DNA of 64,000 nucleotides from Raillietiella orientalis (Eukaryota), in assembly GCA_036172245.1 (NCBI GenBank), contig JAYWIR010000047.1, positions 806,001 to 870,000 on the forward strand, written 5' to 3'. The translations under genes were made by a program, and so were the position numbers. Below the pieces are notes generated by a model. It was given only the letters and a program-made list of their open reading frames with translations, did no database searches and was not told where the DNA came from. Positions 12,401 to 25,796 of this stretch are shown in pieces. Positions within the stretch are counted from its first letter, which is position 1, and each line of letters begins with the position of its first letter.

Positions 12401-13199
12401 AGCGGAAGGAGGAGGCTCCCGAGCAGAGCGGCGGACGACCCCCGAGCACCTCGTGGCCCGTCCGAGCGAGGGGTGTACCCTCGCTCCGGGAGCGCGCGCA
12501 GCGGCTTCGGAACGCCCCCTTTGAAAGGGAAGCTTTGACTGCGCAACGTGAGCCGTAACAAGATTTCCCGGGCACTCGTTTCCGAAGAAACCGGGAAGGA
12601 AGGGGAGGGGAGGGGGAGGAAGACTCGCCCAGAAAAGAACATCGGGGCAGTCGCGACGAGATTCAGATGCTCTCCCTTCTCGCTCCCGTGTCCCACGATC
12701 ACCACATGAGACGCAGCCCATCGTACGAGCATACTTCCTTGCGCAGTTTCTTTCTATATTGGCTAAGACGGTTGGTCGCTGGAAGGGGGGGACCTCACCG
12801 CCGGGGGAAAACTTCGCTCGGCCCAGCTGTCTTCAGCTTGGCATAGCCATCGTCGTTTGTGGGCCCTGCTCCGAGCCCACAAACCACAAGGACGGAAAGA
12901 AAGGAAAACGCGCCCGCCGTCGCTGCCCCTGCTGGATGCCGATCGCATGCTTTGCGGAGCCGCCCGGTCGGGGGACCCGGACGGGCAAACGGCAGGGCGA
13001 CAGGGGAGCCGCCTGGATAGACCGCGTTTTCGGGCCGACCCGCCGGGATGAACTCTCCCAATCCTTCACCAATACTAAAGAGAACTTTATTAACGTTATC
13101 ATGAATAACAATCTCTAATGAGTGGGTAACACGGAACCATGAGGTACACGAAATAACAATGTAAGTACATGAACAGTACGTGACAGAACGGTTATACAT

Positions 13200-13620
13200 C
13201 AGACTCTTGGGGACACCACGGTTTGGGAAGGTCGGCGCTGGCAGGGCCGGGGCTCTTCGGCGGGGTTTTCGAATCACCGCAAGGAGTTCCTCGCGGCTGA
13301 CTGCTGCCGCACTCCCTGAGGGCCTCGCCCGGCGGCGACGGCTCCGACGCACCACCACCAGCCGTGGCTTCCACCTCGGCGGGCTCCGACGCGATGCCGG
13401 GAGCTCCTCCGTCCGGACACGCATCGGTTCCTCCCGCCGGTGCCTGGAGTGACGGCGGACCTGCGTCCACCCGCACGACTGCAAGATGCACCGAGGTGCA
13501 ACGCACACGCGCGCGTACAGGCGAACGCCGTTACCGTTGGCAGGTTGGCCGCCGCCAGCGTCGTCGTGGACGTTTCCCGGTCCGGCAGCGGCGGCGGATG
13601 CACCTGCCGCCGCCGCCGCC
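13200..13620 (+). mobile_element. Short degenerate non-LTR RT fragment
   Basis: FESPQGVPRG*LLPHSL (~13268-13320) resembles GVPQGS.L.P.LF. Other motifs are weak. Confidence 0.3.
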
Positions 13621-14479
13621 GCGCCATTTTCATCCGCCTCTTTGTCGGACTGGAACAGCCATCAGAAAACCGACAGTAATTGGGGCAGCGTGCTGATCCC
13701 GACGCGAGGAAGGGGGGGAGGGGGGAAGAAGCACTTCCCTTTGATTTGATTGCAGGCAAAAAAAGGGGAAAAGGAAGAAAAAACAAAACAACAACAAAAA
13801 AAAATCAATGACTCCGACAGCGTCCACAAGGGTGAGTTACACCACAAGAAATATCAGAAGAAAGGGAAGCATTTCTTCCTTCTTTCTTTTTTTTTCTTTT
13901 CTTTTTTAGAAAACAAAAGACGGACGTCACTCTGAAGGAAGAGCACGCTTCGAAAACACACTTGCAGAGATAAACACCGTGAAAAGGTAAACTGGTCAAA
14001 CCTGAGACTCAAGAAAAGGTTAGATGGAAGGCAAAAAGGATATGTCACACGAACTGTGATGCTGTGCGTTTTTTTTTGTTTAAAAAAAAGAAAAAGGTGA
14101 CGGATACACGAAACAACCAAAAAGTCCACGGAAAGACAACAAGGGGAAACGCTTCCAGAACGCACGTGTTGGGATTCGTTGGCTAAGCGAGAAGGAAAAA
14201 AAAAAAGGGGGGGGGGGGGGGAAGGGAACCGAACGCCCGGGCTCGCGACAACGGGGAAGTCAAACGCGGAATGTTCCGGCAAACGCGGGCTCCAGACCAA
14301 CCAGTCGACTCTCCTCCATCTCTACACGCCCGTGCTGCAAGTTCCCATACCTGCCCTTCTGAAACGCTCCCAGAACTAGACCTCAGCTGTACGTAGCCTT
14401 CCGGGGTATCTGGAAAAGTGACAACACCGCATGGTCAGATTTCAGGTGGTACGCACGAATCGGGAGAAAGCAAATAGTG

Positions 14480-16900
14480 AATCTGTGAAGCCCATGCTGG
14501 CAGCATTGGGACGCAAGACGACGGAAGCGCCCCCCGCCCCCGGGATCGATCCGATGAACGCTGGGAACTCCCCAGGCGAGAATCCCCACCAAACGGCGGC
14601 TCCAACCTCGTGTACACACTCAGGGACAAGAAGGGAGTGTACATGGAGCTCGTCCACAGCGTGACGAACTGCTCCCGCCCGACGCATGAACCGCTCTCGC
14701 GTTTCGACACCAAGGCGGGAGCAAAGAGCAGCAGGCGCTTTTCGACCAAGGGTGCGCAGAACAGGTGCAGGGTCCTACTCCCAGCTTTGCAGTGCCCCCA
14801 CCAGCTTACCCCTCCTTCCCTCCCCACGGAACGTTGCGCCACACCAGCAAACAATTACGGTGTGTGCACTGTGCAGCGGAAAATCGACCTTGATCGGGTC
14901 CAACTTTCTGAATGACGTACATGATGTGCACAGTCCTTCAGCGTAGGACACAGCTGACTCTACCATTTGGAAAGAGAGTGGAAACGGTCCATGACGCATC
15001 ACGGCGCTTCGCCGAACGCCCGTCCTTTTGCCAACGGGCCTCCCGCTCGCGAAGGAATTCAAAACGGGCAACGGGATGGACAATACGCGCCCAGTGGAAC
15101 TGGACGATGGTTTAAGAAAGGGCGCTCTGCAAGCACACGGAGGATTGCGCTTCAAGGGTGTGTAGGCTCCGGGACGCGGGAACAAATCCTCCAAAACCAT
15201 CAAGAGCAAACGAAGCGCTACACGTCGTCAAATTTGTCCGGGGATCTGCTGCCACCGACATCCCACTCGATCTCGCGATCCCCGCTCAAGTTCGCAAGGC
15301 ACCACCCTGCTCCTTTCTTTCACCGTAAGGAGAAGCGCAAGAGTGCTGAAGTCCAAATATCTTCGAGAGAGAAGCCAAGGAGGCGTAGCCGAGATCGCCG
15401 CCCAGCCGCAACACGATGGCACGGAAAGTGTTCTCTCCGTGGTATCGGAAGAAAACTCAAACACGACTGCCCCGAAAGTACGGCGCATGCAAATGATTCA
15501 TTCACCTTCGATGGATTCTAAATCGCTTTCGGCTCCAGCGAACTGCTTTTCGTAATGCCTCTTCTGATCATCGGAAAGCTCCATTTCGAAATTGGGAACG
15601 CTGTACATGATGATGGCTAGAAAAAAAGAAAAACAAACGCTCTTTTGAAACAGTCGAAGCTGGAGAATATGGACTGCAGGACTGTCTGGAGGGAGAGAGC
15701 ACGTGTATTACAACAGTGATAAATTTAACCTTCTGAAAGCGTTCCCCATGGGGAGAACACATGAGAAAAGAGGAGACAGTGGAGTCACACACACACACCT
15801 CATCTGAGTATCTTTTGAGTAAACGAAAACTCGGGCGTGAAATTCGCATCCACACTGTGACAAACCTGGCGCGCAAGAGCAGGCAGATCAACGCTAATAA
15901 ACCTAGCGGTGATCTTGACTTTTCGGATACTGGGCTTCCCCCTTTTCCACGAAGAGAGCAAGGCAGATGTCAGCAAAGGTTTACCGACGAAGGAAACTCC
16001 ATCTCAAGGAGAACTGTTCCACACAGCTGCTCCGCAAATCTTCCCCCGTGCTTTCCAATAGTGAGTCTTCCGGGACACACCGAGATCTGTCAGCGACCAC
16101 TCCCCAAGAGAGGGACCCATTGTGGGTGCCTGATGCATCCACAATGTGGTCGGCACGGATACTCCGAGGTAAAGATCATTTGGCACCAACTTTGCACTCG
16201 TTATCGCATCCGTCGCAACGGGAGACTGGTTTCTGCGTACGCCCGAGCAATGCATACAAATCGTACAACAAAGTACGAAAAGCCTAGTACGACTTTTACG
16301 AAGGTGCTTAGCGAGATAAGTGGGCACGGCAACCTCGAAGACTTTGCAAACCAAAGAGTGCATTCACAAAAGGATGCGGGGCAGCCTGCAGTTACATGGA
16401 TGGCAAGGATTTGAGAGAACGGTCGTCGCTTCCCGTTGTACGGGAGAGACTGCGCAAATCTTTTATCACGGATACAGGAAAAGGGAAGAAGAACAAAGAA
16501 AAAAAACTCCGGTACGGCGGCGAAAGTGGTGCATCCGAAGATCCGATACAGTTCTGAAGAACGCACGGTTTCTTCGCAACAGCGGGTGCACAGCACAGAA
16601 GCTCATGCGGAGTCCATTATCTCCTCTGAGGAGGTAATGGACGGTAAGACTTATAGAAGAACAAAGTTTTGGTATAAACTTCCAAAACCTGCTACAGATG
16701 GCAGCTGCCGTATACGTCAATGAAAGGCAGCGCGCTGCACCGAAGTCTTTCAAGGATGGCATTCACGTCCAAAAGAACCGAAAACGCTGGGGAAAAAAAG
16801 GCACCACTCACTTTTCCTACCACGCTTGCTACTGCACTCGTGGAAGGAAAGAAGCAGCCTTCTAGGACAAGATTTGGAGTACAAGGCTACCCTGACACAC
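14480..16900 (+). mobile_element. Degenerate RTE-like LINE (APE endonuclease plus N-terminal RT)
   Basis: Ordered motifs: GIDP...CTHSG (cf. NIDI...YTFFWSG), SVHGA (HGVG), LCSAPT (SAYAPT), TLIGSNF (ILGDFN), WKRSMTHHG (WKGVIGRHG), WFKK, QRETGF (Q.GFR), SPLSPL. Many frameshifts. Confidence 0.55.
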
Positions 16901-17058
16901 AACACAAAGGGCAAAAATGAGACCAGATCCGAAGATCAACCGCAAAATGAAACTAAAATAAACTCAGACACTAAAAAAACACAAAAGCGAAAGAAAAAAA
17001 AAAAAAGGACAGGGGGAACAGCCGTCAAGGAAAACAAACTGGGACCCCTGGCTCCAGT

Positions 17059-20000
17059 TCAACCTTGGCAAACTCGACAATCCTCTACCTCTACGGCCTC
17101 CTTGCTGGAACCGCATCGCAAATCGCCGAAAGAAAAGCACTCACATCTGGAGTCTCTGGAACCATCCGCTGAGGACACGTGCTCCCTATCTGGCGTCGGC
17201 TGGGTAACGATGACTTGCTGTGGAGGCTTCAGGAAATTCGGAACCTCAGGCGGTGTGAAACAGGGTTCGCGTCCATCTTCAGGAGACATCACCTAGGAAG
17301 ACAAAAGCATCATCAACGGAAAGGGCGGACAGCAAACGAACGAGGAAGCAGGACGGCTCGGGAAAACAAGAAAAAATGCGCACACGCCCACCACGAAATG
17401 AACGCAGGGTTGTAGGGAAGAATTACATTCGCGTGTTCATCGAATTCCGCATGAAGACAGCAGGAACCTTGCTAGAAGACGCCGGGAACCACCAATCAAA
17501 GATCACAGACCCAGAGAGCAGCTTGCGTATTCAATAGCGTATCTCGCAAGCGACCACGCCACCTACGGTAACGACGTCTGACCAAAGGCTCTTTTGCAAA
17601 GAGGAAGGCACCACTAAAGGCATCAAAGGTGAACCAACACAGAACGGGAAGAAACAATATCATCAGCAGCAATCGAACGAAAGATGAAGACCGCCCGCAC
17701 ACTCGAGGCGCCCTTGGGGCTCACGGGAACGCAAAAGAACGCCTGCCGAGCGGGTGCCGTCCTAACACGATGCTGGAGGTCACTCACCTGCGAAAGGGCG
17801 AGGATTTGCCCGTTCCTCGAGCACTCCGCGACGAGCAGGGAGGGAAACACACCGGTCCGGCCTCCCAACGAGCCTTCCCACCACCCGTCGTCAATGCCTT
17901 CGCTGATGGACTTCCTGAACACCTGGATAACGTCGCCCTCCTGGAAAGCGAGTTCATCGTTGTTCAGCGCCCTATGGCTGTACAAAGCCAGACAGTACTG
18001 AGCTGAATCGCAGTGAAGGTCGGCCGGATCGCTTACAGACTTGCAGTTACGGGCTTCGATAACCGGGACGCTGGCGACGTCCTCGGCCTCCTGGGCCGGC
18101 TCCGGCTCCCCCACGTCCTCTCGAGAATCCTTCGGTTCCGGCAAGCAATAATCCACCGAGGAGAACGAGATCTTGCACTCCCGGTGTTCCTCTTCCTCCC
18201 CTTCCAGGTCCAGATACGCGGCGGGGACGTAGCCTTCCTCCCCTCTCGCATTGCGGGCCAAAACCCACTGTTGCGTCCCACTGACGTCCAGGATCTCCAG
18301 CGGCTCGTTTTCCGCGATGCTGAGCTCGTCCGAGTTCTGAGCCTGAAAGGAGGAAGACGCGTGGCAACTCAGTCGGCACTCACATGGGAAGGCGTCGTCG
18401 TTTGACCTTACACCTTCCGCTACAAAAATTCGCCACGGAGGGCGATGCGCAGCCGGCCTCCCGTACCTCACTTATAGTCCCACCCACCCAACAGCAATGC
18501 TGAATGGAGGGTAGGAAGAACCAACAGTTGGGAGCCGGCGAAGGAGGTGAAAAGGACGCCTTCGGGATGGGAAAAGGAAAAACCCAATGCACCGGGAAAC
18601 GACAAAAGGATCAAAGAATCAAACAATATAGGGAGGAAGGTGAGGACACGCCCAAACTCGGGGCAATACGTGATGACGGGGAACGCGTGCGTCTCGGTGT
18701 CATGAGAGCCCGGGCACACGCTCCCGGGACAACCCACGGACTGCTGCCCACCTCGTAGGCGAACAAGGCCAAGGACTTCTGCATGTCCCACGGTGCACCC
18801 ATAGGAGCGTCATCGGTGCACGCAACGGCAGATTCCTCGTCCCCAGGACATTCCAGATTGCCTTCCTCCAGCTCTGCATTGTCGCACGGCTCCCCGTTGG
18901 CTGTGGGTTCCTTGCCTCCATCCACTTCTGGTGTCTCGTCTGCATCTCCCCAGTCGGCTTCGAAAGGATTTTCTACAATAAGGAGCGGCAACGACTGGAG
19001 GCTGGAGGTTCACTGCATGGATTGGGGCAAGCTACCCTTGGAGGCGCCGAGCAAGGAGTCTTCTATGCAGAGATTGCAAGGGTCCTCCGACTCGCTTAAC
19101 TTCCATTCCTGAACGGTGGCCGTCTCGTTGTCTTGATAACCGTTGATCTCCTCTCTCCCATAGGCGCAGACTTCTTCCTAAGGAAACGGCAGCAAAGCAC
19201 TTCTTTTTCGCCTCCGCGTCAGAAGCACACGAAAGGCTACAAGCATGCGAGGTGCTCACTGAAACATCTGATTTCATGGATGAGTAGCTGGCAGTTCGGA
19301 CCAGGTTTCCGGGATCCAACGTGTCGAGGTTTGCGTCACTTCTAAACTCATCCACAGCAACTGGAAAATACTCGTTACACAACGGGAAAGGGCAGTTCTC
19401 AGGGACGCTTTCGTGACCCTAACGAAAGCCAAGTTTCCCTAAGCACTTCAGAGATAAACATGTCGGTATCTGAAAAGTCGGGAGCGAAATCCTTTGGTGA
19501 AATCCTTCTCCACATGCAAAAAGGGAGAAACACTTAAGAAACAGGGGACTTCGATCTTTACCCGTGGCCAATCACGCAGTTAATATAAAGGAATGTAAGT
19601 CGCACAATTACACGGATAAGCCTCATCGCAGTCAGTTCTGTGCTAATGTTTTCATCGCAGTTTTCTGAAACAAAACGAACACAGCAGGTCGAAGCAGCAT
19701 GACAACACCGCCACAGAACATGCTTAGTAACTTAGGAGGAAAGCTACTATCTGATTTATTTCTGATTAGCGTAAGGTCCAACTCGAAAGGTTCTTTTCTT
19801 TCAGTATGTGATGCATCACCTCCTAGTCACCGAAAAATACGCATACAGACCATGTGTATCCGACGACTGACGAGAGGCTGATGGAAAACTCGGGTTTGCA
19901 AGTAAAAGAATGGCACGAGCGTTCGAAAAAGGTGAAGCGACGAGAACGACGACATGTAAGGGCACTCTCTGGTTAGAGCACACACCAATGTCGTGTACCT

Positions 20001-23000
20001 TCGCATTACGATGCATGTACTCCCCCAAACATGAGAGATGGGGCTAGAGCGTTTCATGCAAACAAACATGCTCGCTGAAATTGCACAAAACTGGGGACTG
20101 CAACCCTTCCGGGGTCAAGTTAACACAAACAGCAACATACATTACAAAAGCAGGAGAACCTACCTCCACTTTTCTTTAAAACTTCTAAACGAGCTTCCAG
20201 TTTCTCTTTATAAACCTGTTGCATGAAATGAGAATGTACTTTGAAACAAGCACGAAGTGCACTTCTCGGTCTCTTGAACCACACTCAACCAATTAATGGT
20301 GTTTACTTAAATAGCAACACACAACTCCTTAACACCGTGAGCTGTTAACATCGCATAAACGCACGCAAAATGAACAGATTTATTTGCTGTGACAGCTCAG
20401 TTTTGAGCAGACACTCGTGCTTATCTTTCTCATTTACTCACATTTCTATAGACGCACATATACGTGGGCAAGCTGTGCATGGCACAACAAACCGCTGACT
20501 CTCACCCTTCCGAGAAAAAATGAGAGCAAGGGAACTACGACAAATTACCTCAGATTTCCTTATCTTCTGGAGGAGTTCTTCAATTGCCATCGAGTTGTTC
20601 GCAGCCTTATCCTAAAAAGAAAAAAACACACACATATGAAAAAGGTAACGCATAGCGGAACGTAACCGCTGCGAAGAGTGGAAGAAATCCACGGCTACAA
20701 ATACACGGTAACATGATAAAGCAAGCAAGCACCCACCCGAACAGTAATCTCTAGTGAAACATGTACCTGAGATTCCGTTTGTTTCATTGCTAGCAAGTTT
20801 GCCAAAGTTTTCTGATTGTCTTTTATAGATTTTGATTCTTGCAGCGAACGTAAGATCCATTTTCTGGCATAATTATTCATAGAGTCTGCTGCATCATGAG
20901 TCAACAAAACTGAAGAAACTGGATCGCCATCACAAGGTTGAAAGCAAAATGTAGGAGCGCTGATTAAGATGGGATACTTTTGTAGATAACACTGGGAACT
21001 GTATCCTTTCTTGCACTGGAAAGCAAAGAGAAAAACTTGCAGATGGCATCAACATCTCTTTTCGTGATCTCACCATAGAGGATTTGTTTTTCAACTCCTC
21101 ATAGGACTTCAGAATGTTCTTGAAAAATGCCTGATGCATGTCTACGAAAAGGCCGAGATATTCCGAAACTTTCTCGTATATATTTCCTTCCATGGACTAC
21201 AAACCATGGATTCACAGCAGCAGATAAGTACACTTACTTGTATGACAGATGGTAGCTGTACTGTGTAGTAATGTTGCTGATGAGCGTTAGCAGCAGCAAG
21301 GGCTAAAATGTAATCATTCCTCGCCAGAGTGGATTTAGTTTCCAATCCTTCTTGTTTGGCAGACAACTAAAGTACTCTCCATAGAATGCAAGAATTCACC
21401 ACAGTAATTTACCTTTGCAACATTTTTCTGCAATGAAGATAACGAATGGAACAAAAATCCTTTTCTGCTTTTAAGTCTGGAAAAATATGATCAACCCTGG
21501 GGCAACATAAGATTTTACAAACTTCTCCTCCGCTTCACGAAGCTTTTCTCTTGTTTCATGGGCAACATGTTCCTCTTCTTCGTAAACCTTTTTTTTGCGT
21601 TCTAGCTGTTGAACAGTGCTTTGTACTTCCTTCTGGATTTGTTGTAGATTGTCTAAAGTCTATCAAACGACAGGATTCAGGATTCGACCAGAAATGGAAA
21701 CTGGTCAATTAATGAGTGAATTTCTTCCAAATACTATCAACAATTACTTAATTCAAAAGCTAGAGATCCAAATTAACAAAAATGTAAGCCTAATTTTCAA
21801 CTTGCTATTTCAAAGGCACTTCAAAATAATTGAGTTGCTCCTTACGAGTGTCTTTGAAATTCTCAGCAGATTGCGTATCTGCCAGCAGGTCGGCAATATC
21901 ATTTTTTTTTAAGAAAAACAGTTACATGACAAATTCAAGTTTATTAAAAATGATGCTTCCGTTATATCTGTTCGATTTATAATAATACTGCTTTGTAATT
22001 TTCACAGAAATGGGTGAGTTATTGGATTTCGGAGAGAATGATCAGCAACGTTCATTTTTACTTTATAATACCAATTCTATAGTTGTACAAAGTTGTTTAC
22101 AAAATACTTTCATGATAGAGAATATTCAATAATTCATCTAAAAACTAAACAAACCTTTTTGAAAGACTGCAGTTTTGCTAACTTGACTTGCTTTGCATCT
22201 TCATATATGTTGGTTATAAGAATCTCACATTCTGTGAGTTTGGATTTTGCGATTTCTTCTGTGACCTCTTTGACATTTTTCCATATGGACCAAATAGTTC
22301 TGAATTTTATGAAAATCACAAATTCAAGCACAAACGTAACCATTAAGAAATGTCACTCACACAACTTGCAGCATTAAACATAAGTGGCAGCTTACATACT
22401 GGGAATTACTCAAAAGTATTTTGAATTGATCCTTCTTACATAAAATGCAGATTTACAAAACGTACACCCACACAAAATATATGAGCACAGTGAAATTGTT
22501 CCCGAAATAAAAATCTCATGCCTAGAATTATTCTAGATTGGGAGTAATCAGAAAGTAAAATTATAAAATGTAGGAATAATTGAAGATTCTTTTGTCAATT
22601 TAAATTGCACGAACAAATTGCATATATCATGTTGTAAAATACACATTGCATTCAATTCATTTGTATATTTTTACCACTGTCTTACGATGTTTTAGAGATA
22701 AAAAAAATATACCAAAGCTGGTTCAAAAGCTTTACCAAACCCATCATTAAGAAATCAATCAACAAAATTTTTCAAACTGCGACATTGAATGGAAAAAAAA
22801 AAATCTCTTCGTTTTTCTAGACTGATTTCAATTCGAAATTGTGATCTCTCTTACAACAAAATTGAAACACTAGCAAAAACACACACTTAATCCATATTAA
22901 ATTGTCAATACTTTTTCAAATAAATATCCACTGTGCTTATCAGATACACTTGCCAACTTACGCATTTTTGTCTAATTCTTCAGAGCAGAAGTCTGGTATC

Positions 23001-24627
23001 TGTCCTTTCCTGGTGGATAACACTTGGCAAAGTTTGAGAAGATTCTACAAAAATTAGTATCAAAAGTTATTGAAAACTAACCCTTCCAGATATTCAGCAG
23101 ACAGGAGATCAAATTAATTCTAAACTATAAAATGTGCTTCAATATGCAATGGTACAAGGTGACTTCAATTAAGTATCCAATTCAAGCAATTTAAACATAA
23201 TGATATTCAGTATTCACAAATATATCCATATTTAATCCATATACATTTGTGATATCTTGAAATCAAATATCTTAAAATGTGTGGCATTTTTTCTCTTGTA
23301 CATACATACATACATGCATATATATACATATATATAAGAGACAAAATATCACAGATTTCAAGATATTTGTTACTAAAAACAAGTGATAAACTAGGATTGA
23401 AAAGGAAGCCATAACCAAGTTTGTAGCAATAATGAATGGAAAGATGTAGGTGAAAACAAGGAAGATTTGATCTCTGAATGCATTGAAGTGCTGTCCACAT
23501 GCGTAACACAGGTTTCAAGTGATCACACAGCAAGTAAAGATGTAGCACACTTTACATAAGACTGCAGCAGAAAATGAAAGTCTTACACATCAGTGATCAA
23601 GACTTCAACAATAATACCAAATAGTAACTAAAATTTCCTATTTACCATGGTTAAACTGAGGAACTTGCTACAAAATGAAAAATTCTAGAATTACTGAAAA
23701 ATTGATATGTAAATCAGAAGACAAACACTTCACAACACAACACAACTTATCACGAATGGGAAGATTGCTATGATAGTAAAAACAACACAATAAGATAAAG
23801 CAAAAGAAAGCACTGCATACTGCAACTTCAATTTTATGGAAACAACCAAAAAATTATCTACCTCTGATTTAGTAATTGAGTCATAAATGATAGTTAAATT
23901 AGTAATCATAAATTTACAAAGACATTGAAATTATAATTCACCACATCTTCGAATTACCTGTTATTATTCATTCAGATGAAAAATGGTAACATTCTAAAGT
24001 AAAGCAAATTGCCTGACTATTCAAGAAAGAAAGCATGAGCTGGAGAGAATAAAAAATCATAAGGCAATTGAAATAAATTATCAACATAAAATAAGTTGAG
24101 ATTTGAATATTTTTATATTTTCAAGTAAACTGTAATAATTGACAAAATCTAAAAATTGTCCGAGTAATATCTGATATTAGCAATATCTGATATTTCTTTG
24201 CGATTAGCAAATGTATTTATTTAAAAATCAAATAAAGACATCATGAAATTGTGAAGAAAACTTGTAAATAAATGAATACAAACATGGACTCTGAACAAAA
24301 TGAAATGGAAACCTAAAAACATAGTTAAACAAAAGAAAAAAAAGGTTAGCATCTTAAACAGATTTCTGACAACCTAAATTTGGGTAAAATCTAAAACAGC
24401 TTAAACTGTAAGAAAAATAACAATGTAAAAGTAAATTACTTACCTCAGCATAACTTTTTTCTAAAATCCAATACTGCTTGCAAAAATTCCTTGTGAAAAA
24501 TAGGACATCACATATAAAAAAGGAAAATAAAATGCAAATAATACCTGACTTCTTCCAATAATTCACATTCTTGATTGTGCTTTGATTGAAGCAAAATAAA
24601 CTGCTCAGAATAGATGCTTTTTTTATT
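17059..24627 (-). CDS. nwk: F-BAR and double SH3 domain protein (FCHSD / Nervous wreck family); first coding exon unresolved, candidate ATG at 25480
   Basis: 16 GT-AG exons in consistent phase: 24627-24545, 24489-24444, 23044-22962, 22299-22155, 21659-21523, 21476-21413, 21366-21238, 21196-21074, 21015-20767, 20611-20549, 20215-20164, 19360-19260, 19108-19036, 18972-18752, 18342-17788, 17292-17059 (2358 nt). Family motifs: LQSKHNQECELLEEVR, ARNDYILALAAANAHQ, FQPCDGD, SH3-1 (ALFAYEAQNSDELSI..GYVPAAYL), SH3-2 (DDGWWEG..GVFPSLLV), VIVTQPTP. The last exon is less certain. Confidence 0.93.
19450..20130 (+). mobile_element. Degenerate RTE-like RT fragment inside an nwk intron, antisense to the gene
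   Basis: MLSNLGGKLLSDLFLISVR (cf. SLLS..GKVL..IL..RL) followed by MARAFEK (cf. KAFD). Confidence 0.4.
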
Positions 24628-25772
24628 CTGGGAAAACAAAATGTAAAACACCTTGAATTCATGCACAAAAAAATTAGAATACCACAAAAAGTCAACATTA
24701 AACTGCAGCACACTACTAAGGGCATACGTAAATGTATGGCTACCATCGAATATGGGTCAAATATTCGAGAACAACTATACATCATCGGCATAAGAATCTT
24801 TTTTTATACATGGAAAACTAGGTAATTAACTAGGCAATTGCACTGCATCGATCATATCATTACATAACTCTAGGATGAAAATGAAAAATTCAAAATTCTC
24901 TTTATAATGAATAAAAAATTTTCTAACTTCTGATTCCTAACTTTTTCTGAAGTTCCCCTTAAAACTACCAAAGCAAGCCGCACATTCTGAAATTGGCACC
25001 TACGTTAAGTGAAATGAAATTTAATTATTGTACTGTACGGCTGCCAGAAAGAATGTTTAACTTCTACTTTCTTCGAGGATTAGTTTTGTTACACACAATC
25101 TTGCAAAAGGTAAACACGCAATGGATTCCATGTACGGGGGATTTCATACTTTAATGAAACAGAAACACGAGTGATTTGATCGTAATTCCAAAATCGTTAC
25201 AAGTTCATTTAAGAGCTATTGGAACCGAAAAAAAATTCCTAGATGATGGCAAGAAGTATTGGAAAATAAGATAATTGCCTTTTTTAGAGCATCCATGCTT
25301 CTTGAATCACTTTAAGCATCCATCATACATGGTTTTTCTGCAGAAATACGTCTTTAGCATGATTTGATGTCATGACATTCGCAACAGAAAATTTCGAGTA
25401 CTCCCCTTTACGCAAGCGAGAAACCACATCTCAATCATATGTAAACTCGACACAAATGTGTTTTTTCTTCTGGGACTCATGTTGCCAAAATCGTATACAG
25501 AATCAAAAAAAAAAAAAAACAGCTCTCGAGGGAATACACTTTCCTTCTTCAAACCAGGCAATGCTTGAAGATTCACCAAATCCTTTTAACAAATAAAAAA
25601 GGAGCACCTGTATAAGGAACAATGTAAGAGGAATATCTTCACCTACAACTTTGTAAGAGACGTACGAGAGCATCTTTAAAATTTAGCCATCCTTATAAAA
25701 ACTGAGCCTTTTCCTGTGTAAATAGTCTTCAGTTTTTTCCAGAACAACACAAAATACAACAGAAAATCTGGA

Positions 25773-25796
25773 ATATATATATATATATATATATAT
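25773..25796. repeat. (AT)n microsatellite
   Basis: About 12 AT units seen directly. Confidence 0.9.

Noticed and set aside
1..13700. Hundreds of overlapping Arg/Gly/Pro/Ala-rich ORFs, also at 34.7-39.7 kb and 51-63 kb
   Set aside because: Expected from high GC. They overlap in all six frames with no host-gene motifs.
13700..21000. Chimeric join of bacterial GC-rich and eukaryotic AT-rich DNA
   Set aside because: The nwk reading frame crosses the transition in phase, and the GC-rich parts contain eukaryotic LINE remnants rather than bacterial genes.
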